Part shown: piece by piece, positions 37,488 through 45,067 of the stretch
Position numbering within the stretch: the stretch's first letter is position 1
Layout: each line of letters begins with the position of its first letter
Source: Actinomycetota bacterium
Lineage (GTDB): Bacteria > Actinomycetota > UBA4738 > HRBIN12
Assembly: GCA_044865955.1 (NCBI GenBank)
Contig: JBIOTM010000172.1
Span: 1-60,567 of the forward strand
Length of the DNA stretch: 60,567 nucleotides
Direction: 5' to 3'
Notes under the pieces: model-generated
What the model was told of the DNA's origin: nothing
Seen by the model: only the letters and a program-made list of their open reading frames with translations
Database searches by the model: none
Program-made: the position numbers and the translations under genes

Positions 37488-40400
37488 CGTCCACCTCCGC
37501 TCTCGGATCCTTCGGCCCGCGCGGGCGAGCGGGCCTCCTCGTGTGTCTCGAGCTCCCGGCGCAACGCTCGCGCGCGCTCAAGCATCACGACGACCCCTTT
37601 CCGCTCGAAGCGGGCCTCCGCCTCTCGGGCGGCGTCGGCCGCGTCACGCGGCCTCCCCGCGAGCCGGAGGACCTCGCAGAGGTCGAGCCAGGCGAACCCG
37701 GCGTATCCGGGCCAGTCCGTGGCGTCGGCGAGGCGAACGTTCTCACGAGCCCCCCGTTCGGCCTGCTCGAACCGTCCACGACGGGCGAGCACCTTCGCGC
37801 GAACGCCGCGGAACCAGACATGAGGCTCCATGTCGTCGGCGGCCGAGACCGCATCCGCCTCATCGGCCAGCTGTACCGCTTCGTCGTATCGACCCTGCTC
37901 GTACAGGATCGCCGAGAGGACGGCGGCGCGGCTCGACAGACGCGCCTTCTCGCCCATCGCCGCCAGGATCTCGACCGACGGACGCACCGCGGTCTCAGCC
38001 GCCGTCGGGTCGCCGGCCACGAGCTCCACGATCCCTCCGATGAGCCCGCGCGTGGCCGCCAGCTCCAGCGTCATCCCGAGCTCTTCCAGGATCGACCACC
38101 CTCGCCGGAGGAGCGAGCGTGCCGCCTCGAACTCTCCGAGCATGGCGCGGCTCACGGCCAGGCCGAGGGTGTGGTACGCGGCGACGGGCGAGGCCTCGTC
38201 CGCCTCGGCGAGCGCTCGTTCAGCTCGTTCGATGTCCTCGACGACGGGGTGTGGCCCCTGCCACGAGAAGGTCAACGAATTGACGAACGCCAGCTCGGTC
38301 GAGTCGACGCCGGCCCGCTCGAAGCACCCGGCCGCCCTTGCCACGGTCCGCTCGCCCCGGAGCGTCTGACCGATGTCGCCGAGGAGCCTGCCGGCACGCA
38401 ACAACGCCTCTCCCTCCAGGAGCGGGTCATCGAGGGTCGAGGCCTCGTCCGCGATCCGTTGCGCCTCCGCACTGCTCTCGCGCAGGAGCACCGTCTTCGG
38501 ATCTCCCATCAGACGAAGGTAGAGACGCCGAAGCTCGAACCGCAGCTCGAGCGCTCGGTCACCGGCGGTGCGGGCCAGCCGCACACCTTCGTCCGCGAGA
38601 TCCGCCACGCGATCGAACTCGCCCCGCTCGCGAAGTGCATCCGTGAGCTCGATCATGACTCGCGGTCGGAGGGGATCACCTGCGGGGAGGAGCTCCACCG
38701 CCCGGCCGAGCAGGTTCGCCGCCGCCGGCACGTCCGCTCGGGCGAGCGCGCGCCGGCCGGCCTCACCGAGGTGACCCGCCGCCTCGTGCGCGAGGCCCAC
38801 CTGCGCGCCGACGGGAAGGCCCAGCTCCAGCCGGTACGTGATGGCCCTTTCGAGGTGGTACCCGACGATCGCCTGCACCTCCGGCAGGCGCTCGGGCGCC
38901 GCTCCCTCGAGCCATCGAGCGAATCGCTCGTGGAGGTCAGCCCTCGTCTCTTTCGCCATGCCCTCGTATGCGGCGTCGCGGATCAGCAGATGCCGGAACC
39001 GGAAGGCGTCCTCGTCCGCCAGGTCCGAGGGAGCGGGGCGGATCACGTCCTTGCGAACGAGGGACATCAGGTGGCCGCCCAGTCCCGGACGAACGTCCGC
39101 GGGAACCAGCTCCGCGACGGCGCTCCACTCGAACACCTCGCCGACGACGGACGCGCCTTCGAGCACGCGGCGCTCGGTGCCGTCGAGGTGCTCCAGGCGC
39201 GCCGCGAGGAGCGCCTGGACGGTGGGCGGCACCGACACACCGGCCAGGCCGGGCGCCGGCGACCAGTGCCCGTCGTCCCGCACGAGCAGGCCGTCGTCGA
39301 TCAGCATCGACAGCAGCTCCTCGACGAAGAGCGGGTTGCCCTCCGCGGTCCCCGCGATCGCCGCCGTCACCTCCCCCGGGACGTCCTCGGTCCCGAGGAG
39401 GCCACGGAGCAACGCCACGCACTCCGCCTGGGCGAGCGACTCGAGGGCCACGAGCTCCGAGCTCGATCGGGCGGCCCACCCGGGCCGGCGGTCGAGGAGC
39501 TCCTTGCGGGCGATACAGATCAGCAGGACCGGGACGCCGCTCGTCCACTCGACGACGTACCCCAGCAGGTCGAGGAACGTCTCCTCGCCCCAGTGGATGT
39601 CGTCGAAGACCAGCACCAGCGGCTGCCTCCGAGCCAGCCCTTCGAAGAAGCGCCGAACCGCCCAGAAGCCTTCCTCGGCGGTGCGCGCTCGTTCGCCCAG
39701 GCCGATCAGTTCGGCCACGCCTTCCGCGATCCGGTCCGAGCGCTCGGCGCCCTCCAGGAGATCGGCGATCCGGCGTCGCGCCTCCTCGGGAGGGTCCTCG
39801 TCGGAGATGCCGGCTGCGCGACGGACGGCCTCCGCGACCGGCCAGAACGTGATCCCCTCGCCGTACGGGAGGCAGCGACCTCGCAGCACGATGGCCCGGT
39901 CACCGAGCTCGCGGAGGGCCTCCAGGACGAGCCGCGACTTGCCCACGCCCGCCTCGCCCATGATCGTCACGAGCCGGCACCCACGATCGGCCACCGAGCG
40001 CTCGAACGCGCCGATGATCGCGCGAAGCTCCGCTTCGCGGCCGATCATCGGCGCGTCGAACCGTCTGGCCCGGGCCTCGGCGCCGGCGATCACCTCCTCG
40101 AGCCGGTACGCCGGCACCGGCTCCGCCTTTCCCTTCGCGTCGATGGGCGTGACGGGCTCCACCACCACGGCGTCGCGGGTGAGCCGGTAGGTGGGCTCGC
40201 CGATCAGGATCTCGCCGGCCGCCGCCGCCTGCTCGAGCCGGGCGGCGGTGTTCACCGCATCACCGGTGACGAGGGTCTGTCCGCGGGACGGATCACCGGC
40301 GACGACCTCACCGGTATGGACCCCGGTCCGCGAGGCGATCTCGATCCCGACGTCGTCCCGGAGCTCCTCGTTCAGGCCGGCGAGTCGCAGCCGCATCTCC

Positions 40401-40735
40401 GCGGCGGCCCGGACGGCCCGGAGCGCATCGTCCTCGTGGAGCTTGGGGATCCCGAACACCGCCATGACCGCGTCGCCGATGAACTTCTCGACCGTCCCAC
40501 CGTGGCGTTCGAGCACGTCTCGCATCGCGTCGAAGTAGCGGCCCATCACCTTCCGGAGCGACTCGGGATCGAGCCGTTCACCCAGCGACGTCGACCCGGC
40601 CACGTCCGAGAAGAGCACCGTGACGGTCTTCCGCACCTCCCCGACCGCAGCCTCGGGTGCGAGCGGGGACGCGCACGCCTGGCAGAACCGAGCCTGGTCG
40701 GAGTTCTCCTCCCCGCAGCGAGGACACGCTCGCAC
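37484..40735 (-). CDS. Zinc-ribbon - adenylate/guanylate cyclase - AAA/STAND ATPase - TPR-like protein
   Basis: Zinc ribbon MRACPRCGEENSDQARFCQACASPL. Cyclase domain VTVLFSDVAGSTSLGE..VEKFIGDAVMAVFG..GDAVNTAARLE. Then MIGREAEL..IMGEAGVGKSRL, VLVFDDIHWGE and a helical repeat C-terminus. 1083 aa. Confidence 0.9.
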   Translation of the reverse strand: MRACPRCGEENSDQARFCQACASPLAPEAAVGEVRKTVTVLFSDVAGSTSLGERLDPESLRKVMGRYFDAMRDVLERHGGTVEKFIGDAVMAVFGIPKLHEDDALRAVRAAAEMRLRLAGLNEELRDDVGIEIASRTGVHTGEVVAGDPSRGQTLVTGDAVNTAARLEQAAAAGEILIGEPTYRLTRDAVVVEPVTPIDAKGKAEPVPAYRLEEVIAGAEARARRFDAPMIGREAELRAIIGAFERSVADRGCRLVTIMGEAGVGKSRLVLEALRELGDRAIVLRGRCLPYGEGITFWPVAEAVRRAAGISDEDPPEEARRRIADLLEGAERSDRIAEGVAELIGLGERARTAEEGFWAVRRFFEGLARRQPLVLVFDDIHWGEETFLDLLGYVVEWTSGVPVLLICIARKELLDRRPGWAARSSSELVALESLAQAECVALLRGLLGTEDVPGEVTAAIAGTAEGNPLFVEELLSMLIDDGLLVRDDGHWSPAPGLAGVSVPPTVQALLAARLEHLDGTERRVLEGASVVGEVFEWSAVAELVPADVRPGLGGHLMSLVRKDVIRPAPSDLADEDAFRFRHLLIRDAAYEGMAKETRADLHERFARWLEGAAPERLPEVQAIVGYHLERAITYRLELGLPVGAQVGLAHEAAGHLGEAGRRALARADVPAAANLLGRAVELLPAGDPLRPRVMIELTDALRERGEFDRVADLADEGVRLARTAGDRALELRFELRRLYLRLMGDPKTVLLRESSAEAQRIADEASTLDDPLLEGEALLRAGRLLGDIGQTLRGERTVARAAGCFERAGVDSTELAFVNSLTFSWQGPHPVVEDIERAERALAEADEASPVAAYHTLGLAVSRAMLGEFEAARSLLRRGWSILEELGMTLELAATRGLIGGIVELVAGDPTAAETAVRPSVEILAAMGEKARLSSRAAVLSAILYEQGRYDEAVQLADEADAVSAADDMEPHVWFRGVRAKVLARRGRFEQAERGARENVRLADATDWPGYAGFAWLDLCEVLRLAGRPRDAADAAREAEARFERKGVVVMLERARALRRELETHEEARSPARAEGSESGGGR

Positions 40736-40850
40736 GGCGCGAGTCTAGGGTGGGATCGGCTCTCACGGAGCCGGCGGATGACGGGGGAGGCGGGCGGCGT
40801 TCTTCGCGATCCTGTTGCCGGGAAGAGGAACGCGGGCGTAGGGTGTCGCA

Positions 40851-40884
40851 GGTGAGGCGTCAGACGTCTGACGGGCACCTCACC
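40851..40884. promoter_or_regulatory. Composite palindrome in the divergent control region (candidate operator or 5'-UTR hairpin)
   Basis: GGTGAGG-CGTCAGAC|GTCTGACG-GGCA-CCTCACC. The central 16 bp (40858..40873) is a perfect palindrome, and the flanking 7-mers are also complementary. It lies 34 nt upstream of the STAS ATG. Confidence 0.45.
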
Positions 40885-40917
40885 GACGGGCTCCGAGCCT
40901 AGGGAGGGGTGGCCGAC

Positions 40918-41217
40918 ATGCTCCTGGAGATCTCCTCGACGAACGGCGGGTACGACCTGGACGGCGAGCTCGACCTGGCGTCGGGGGAGCACCTGGTGGC
41001 GCTGCTCCTCGCCGCGAGACGTGACGACGAGTCGATCCTGCTGAACTTCGCGGGCGTCCGGTTCATGGACAGCAGCGGCCTGCGAGCGTTGCTCGAGGTC
41101 GCGCGGGCGATGAACGGGGACGGCCGCTTGATCATCGACCGTCCGACGCAGCAGGTTCGGAAGGTGTTCGACCTCAGCCTGCCCGACGGTGCACCCGGCA
41201 TGGAGGTTCGGGGATGA
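40918..41217 (+). CDS. STAS-domain protein (SpoIIAA/RsbV-like anti-sigma-factor antagonist)
   Basis: ..LLNFAGVRFMDSSGLRALLEVAR.. with the conserved DSSGL phospho-serine motif. ATG 40918 has better spacing to GGGAGG than the track GTG at 40909. Confidence 0.75.
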   Translation: MLLEISSTNGGYDLDGELDLASGEHLVALLLAARRDDESILLNFAGVRFMDSSGLRALLEVARAMNGDGRLIIDRPTQQVRKVFDLSLPDGAPGMEVRG

Positions 41218-41699
41218 CCTTGAGCGACGTCATGGAGCCGACGGGAGTAGAACCGCCCTCGGAGCCCACGCTCGCCGAACGGCTGAGGGCTCGCCGGGAG
41301 GAGCGCGGGATCAGCCGGGCCCAGGCCGCGCGCGAGCTCGACGTCGCGCGCACCGCGTATCGCCTGTGGGAGCTGGAGGCCGCTCATCCGGCCCCTGATC
41401 GGTGGCGCCTCGTCGCCCGATGGCTCGGCGTGCCGATCACGGCGCTGCTGTTGGCCGAAGGACTCATCACGGAGGAGGAGCGGATCGCGTCGGACGCCGC
41501 GGGGGCCCGGTTCGAGGTGGCGACCGGCGAGAGCTCCGACGTCGCTGCCGAGCACGAAGCCGGTGACTTCTTCCGGCAGGCCCAGTCCTACCTGGACCTG
41601 AGCCTCGAGAGAGGTCTGATCACGGCCGACGAGGCCGGGCACTTCCGCGAGGTGTTCGAACGCATCAGGCGGGGGCTGCCCGACGGTTCCTCGGGCTAG
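41214..41699 (+). CDS. XRE-family HTH protein with an acidic C-terminal extension
   Basis: LAERLRARREERGISRAQAARELDVARTAYRLWE (HTH_3-like). ATGA overlap with the STAS gene. Confidence 0.7.
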   Translation: MTLSDVMEPTGVEPPSEPTLAERLRARREERGISRAQAARELDVARTAYRLWELEAAHPAPDRWRLVARWLGVPITALLLAEGLITEEERIASDAAGARFEVATGESSDVAAEHEAGDFFRQAQSYLDLSLERGLITADEAGHFREVFERIRRGLPDGSSG

Positions 41700-42706
41700 T
41701 CCGTCCCCCCGTCAGCCGTCGTCGGATCGGACTCCACGACGTGGTCCGGCGTGTGGTGCACCGCCGGGATCGTGCCGAGGCGTCCGGCTCGGTAGTCCTC
41801 GAACGCGGTGACGAGCTCCTCACGCGTGTTCATCACGAACGGCCCGTACCAGGCGACCGGTTCGCGGATGGGCTGGCCGCCGAGCACGAGGACCTCGAGG
41901 ACGGGCGCCAGCGACCCCCGCGAGGCGGCCGCCTCGAGACGGATCGCGTCTCCCGGGCCGAAGAGCGCCAGCTGTCCCGTGGCGATGGGATGTTCAGCCG
42001 GTCCCGCCGAGCCCGCCCCGCTCAAGACGTAGGCGAGCGCGTTGAACTCGCGTCGCCACGGAAGGTCGAGGCGCGCGCCGGGCGACACCGTCGCGTGCAC
42101 CATCGTGATGGGGGTGTAGGTCTCGCCCGGCCCGGTCCGCCCCGCGAGCTCCCCGGCGATCACTCGCACCAAGGCGCCGGCGTCGGGGGAGGCCAGCAGC
42201 GTCACCTCGTTCCCCCGGAGATCCTGGTACCGGGGAGGCGCCCACTTCTCGGCCTTGGGCAGGTTGACCCAGAGCTGGATCCCGTGGAAGAGGCCTCCGC
42301 TGGCGACCAGGCGCTCCGGCGGCTTCTCGATGTGGAGGATGCCGGCGCCGGCCGTCATCCACTGCGTGTCTCCGTTGGTGATGACGCCGCCGCCGCCGTT
42401 CGAGTCCTGATGTTCGAAGATCCCGTCCAGCATGTAGGTGACGGTCTCGAACCCCCGGTGTGGATGCCACGGGGTGCCTTTCGGCTCGCCCGGCGCGTAC
42501 TCGACCTCGCCCATCTGATCCATGTGGACGAACGGGTCGAGGTCGGTGAGGTCGACGCCCGCGAACGCGCGGCGCACCGGGAAGCCTTCCCCCTCGAGGC
42601 CGCTGGGCGCGGTGACGACGGTGCGCACCGGGCGCTGCGTCGCGGAGGGTTCGACCGCGGGGACCCGGTCGAGCGTGGTGACGTCCGGAACGGTGATCGC
42701 GGGCAT
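41696..42706 (-). CDS. Pirin-family protein
   Basis: GFPVRRAF..DPFVHMDQMG..PWHPHRGFETVTYMLDG..HQDSNGGGG..GDTQWMTAGAGILHIE. Confidence 0.9.
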   Translation of the reverse strand: MPAITVPDVTTLDRVPAVEPSATQRPVRTVVTAPSGLEGEGFPVRRAFAGVDLTDLDPFVHMDQMGEVEYAPGEPKGTPWHPHRGFETVTYMLDGIFEHQDSNGGGGVITNGDTQWMTAGAGILHIEKPPERLVASGGLFHGIQLWVNLPKAEKWAPPRYQDLRGNEVTLLASPDAGALVRVIAGELAGRTGPGETYTPITMVHATVSPGARLDLPWRREFNALAYVLSGAGSAGPAEHPIATGQLALFGPGDAIRLEAAASRGSLAPVLEVLVLGGQPIREPVAWYGPFVMNTREELVTAFEDYRAGRLGTIPAVHHTPDHVVESDPTTADGGTD

Positions 42707-42737
42707 GTCCCCGTCTGGAACGACGGAGCCGGATGGG

Positions 42738-42941
42738 CTATTCCTCGGTCGGCGGGACCCCGCTGCGGATCGCCTCCGCCTCCTCGGCGGTGGCGATCGG
42801 CGTCCCGGCCTCGATCAGTCCGGCCTCACGATCCCGGCGGCGCTGGGCGCGGGCGAGCCTCCGATCCTCGGCGGCCGCCGCTTTCTTCGCCTTCACGTCC
42901 TTGCGAGCTCTCTTCCCGAAGGTCTCAGGCATCGTGGTCAT
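42738..42941 (-). CDS. Hypothetical small basic protein (67 aa)
   Basis: Lys/Arg/Ala-rich N-half and acidic C-half. High GC3. No family recognised. Confidence 0.4.
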   Translation of the reverse strand: MTTMPETFGKRARKDVKAKKAAAAEDRRLARAQRRRDREAGLIEAGTPIATAEEAEAIRSGVPPTEE

Positions 42942-42996
42942 CTCCCGTCACGGTTCGATGCATCCAGCATAGCCGCCGTACGCGTTTGCCCGCCGC

Positions 42997-43650
42997 GTGA
43001 GCTGGGCAAGCTCCTCTCACATGATCGGAACGATCGAGTCACGCCTTCCCCAGCGATCGGTCGTCGCGATCGATCTGCTGGTCGTGCTGTGGACCGTCGC
43101 GTGGCTGCTGCTGGGGATCGCCGTCGGGACCTTCGTCGGACGGCTCGACGCGGTCGGTGACGGCCTCGAGGACGCCGGCCGGGCGATCGGACGCGCCGGT
43201 GAGGCCGTGAACGAGCTGTCGGACGTGCCCGTCGTCGGCGGAGGGTTCGCGGAGATCGCGCAACGGATCGACGAGATCGGCCGAAACACGGCCGAGAACG
43301 GCCGCTCGGTGAAGGAGGACGTGCACAGCCTGGCGCTCCTGATCGGCGCCGGACTCGCGCTGGGGCCGACGCTCCCCGTCCTCGCGCTGTGGGTGCCGCC
43401 CCGCCTCTCGCGCGAGCGCGAACGGCACGCGCTCCGCAAGAGCCTCAGGACCGGCGACGACAGCGCACTCGCGTACCTGGCGAACCGCGCGGTCGCGACG
43501 CGCCTGTACCGGGAGCTCCGCACGGCGAGCGAGGATCCCGTGGCCGACCTGACGGCCGGGCGATACGAGGCATTGGCCGCGCTTGAGCTCGACCACCTCG
43601 GCCTTCGACCCGGCCGTTGGAGCATGCGCCGGCTCGTCGGGACTGCCTGA
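42997..43650 (+). CDS. Hypothetical membrane protein
   Basis: Two hydrophobic helices (VVAIDLLVVLWTVAWLLLGIAVGTFV, LALLIGAGLALGPTLPVLALWV). Start uncertain (GTG 42997 or ATG 43021). Confidence 0.5.
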   Translation: MSWASSSHMIGTIESRLPQRSVVAIDLLVVLWTVAWLLLGIAVGTFVGRLDAVGDGLEDAGRAIGRAGEAVNELSDVPVVGGGFAEIAQRIDEIGRNTAENGRSVKEDVHSLALLIGAGLALGPTLPVLALWVPPRLSRERERHALRKSLRTGDDSALAYLANRAVATRLYRELRTASEDPVADLTAGRYEALAALELDHLGLRPGRWSMRRLVGTA

Positions 43651-43651
43651 T

Positions 43652-44326
43652 TCAGCCGGTCGCGCGGTCCTCGATCTCCCATGCGTGGTCGAGGACGTGC
43701 CACGCCGCCCGGCGCACGAAGTACGGCGCGGACCACCGCTTACCACCGCGCGGCCCTTCAGCAGGGATCCCATCGACGACGGCCTTTTCGAGCGCGCCGA
43801 TCACGATCGCCCGCTCATCCTCGCGGACCGCGTCCGCTTCCGGTTCCTGGAACCCTGGCGCCTTCGCGGCGATCATGCGCAGGTACCCGGCCTCGGCACC
43901 CACCACGTGCCGGACGATGGCGTCGAGGTCCCGGCCGCCGCCGCGCGGACCCTTCGACAGGTCGCCGGTGACGGACGAGATCGCGTCGTCGAACGCCCTC
44001 CAGCAGGCCTGCAGGATCTTCGTCTGCCGCGCGAGCCATCGGCGATCGATCGATCGCGCGTCGGCCGCCGGCGCGATCGACGGCGCGCCGAAGTCGGTGG
44101 TCGCGTCCCCCCTCAGCCGCTCGACGACCCTCAGCGTCGACGATCGCTTCGGCGCGGTGAACGCGGCGCGTCCGCCTCGCATCGCGGTCGCGTATCGCGA
44201 GGCGTATGCGAGCAACGCGTCGAGCGCGGCCTCCTCACCCCGCCCGCTCCGGCACCATCCCGGCCAGTCAAGCGCGCCGGCGAAGACTCGCGTCCGCCCG
44301 ACCTCCAGGTACGTGTCGACCGGCAT
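43652..44326 (-). CDS. Hypothetical protein, possibly DinB-like helical-bundle C-terminal half
   Basis: 224 aa. C-terminal ..RRAAWHVLDHAWEIEDR is reminiscent of the DinB superfamily. Weak assignment. Confidence 0.5.
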   Translation of the reverse strand: MPVDTYLEVGRTRVFAGALDWPGWCRSGRGEEAALDALLAYASRYATAMRGGRAAFTAPKRSSTLRVVERLRGDATTDFGAPSIAPAADARSIDRRWLARQTKILQACWRAFDDAISSVTGDLSKGPRGGGRDLDAIVRHVVGAEAGYLRMIAAKAPGFQEPEADAVREDERAIVIGALEKAVVDGIPAEGPRGGKRWSAPYFVRRAAWHVLDHAWEIEDRATG

Positions 44327-44338
44327 CTCCCGGAACGG

Positions 44339-44551
44339 TCAGTCCCCGTCGAGCCGTCCGCCCACGTAGGTGGCTCGTCCGTCCCCTTCGTAGAGGTACT
44401 CCACGACGTCGTCGGTGCCCGGGGTCACGGGTCCCTCATCGACGTCATCCGGCTGTTGCGGCCAGTAGATCGGCCGCCCCTCCTCCACCCGGTCGTCGGG
44501 GATCTCCTCCTCGCGCCCCTGCAGGGGTCCGTCTACGAACGTCACTCGCAT
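44339..44551 (-). CDS. Hypothetical small acidic protein (70 aa)
   Basis: The ATG is preceded by GAAGGAG at proper spacing. High GC3. It ends 12 nt upstream of the next gene. Confidence 0.5.
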   Translation of the reverse strand: MRVTFVDGPLQGREEEIPDDRVEEGRPIYWPQQPDDVDEGPVTPGTDDVVEYLYEGDGRATYVGGRLDGD

Positions 44552-44567
44552 CGCCTGGCTCCTTCAT

Positions 44568-44623
44568 TCTGTCTCTGGCACTCTGTCTCTGGCACTCTGT
44601 CTCTGGCACTCTGGCTCTGGGGA
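44568..44623. repeat. 14-bp direct tandem repeat, 3 perfect copies plus 1 degenerate copy
   Basis: TCTGTCTCTGGCAC at 44568-44581, 44582-44595 and 44596-44609, then TCTGGCTCTGGGGA (10/14 match). Locally low GC. It lies immediately upstream of the RBS of the 44339..44551 gene. Confidence 0.9.
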
Positions 44624-44688
44624 CCGATACACATCCCTTACCCGTGCCGCCGGAGGGCGAAGCGCTTGCGGGCGCGAGCGCCCGAGAG

Positions 44689-45051
44689 TCAACCCTTCTT
44701 GCTCTTGGGCACCTTCGGTGGGAGCTCCTCCGCGTGGTCGAGCGACCGCGCCGCCCACTGACGGACCTTCTTCGTCTGCGCCCGCCAGGTGGGCGGGAGG
44801 ACGACGTACTCGCGCATCGGCCGGCCGGCCATCGGCTCGAACGGCCCGCCGCCCGCCTTCATGAGGGTTTCACGGTCCTTCTCCGGGAGCCGAACGAAGA
44901 CGTCCTCGCCGAAGATCCCCATGAACATGTTGCCGTTCACGAACGCCGAGAGCTGGCCGAACATGGGGCGGATCTGCACGGCGGGATGGTCGGGGACAAC
45001 GGACGCGAAGAAGTCCTTCGTCTCCTGCGTGGGCTTCGGCATCGACGGCAC
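44689..45051 (-). CDS. TfoX/Sxy N-terminal-domain family protein
   Basis: ..VQIRPMFGQLSAFVNGNMFMGIFGEDVFVRLPE.. is characteristic of the TfoX_N fold. Confidence 0.65.
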   Translation of the reverse strand: MPSMPKPTQETKDFFASVVPDHPAVQIRPMFGQLSAFVNGNMFMGIFGEDVFVRLPEKDRETLMKAGGGPFEPMAGRPMREYVVLPPTWRAQTKKVRQWAARSLDHAEELPPKVPKSKKG

Positions 45052-45067
45052 GGCCAGACCCTATCCC

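Noticed and set aside
35676-37823. 715-aa plus-strand ORF crossing the esterase and His-rich genes
   Set aside because: It is out of frame with the esterase gene. It is Val-rich only where it mirrors the His codons (CAC/GTG) of 37245..37487. Elsewhere it is R/G/P-rich.
37541-40855. 1104-aa plus-strand ORF
   Set aside because: It is antisense to the 37484..40735 cyclase-STAND gene, which carries all the recognisable motifs. Its composition is shadow-like.
44568-44623. CRISPR array
   Set aside because: The repeats are only 14 bp, directly abutting with no spacers, and no cas genes are in the window.
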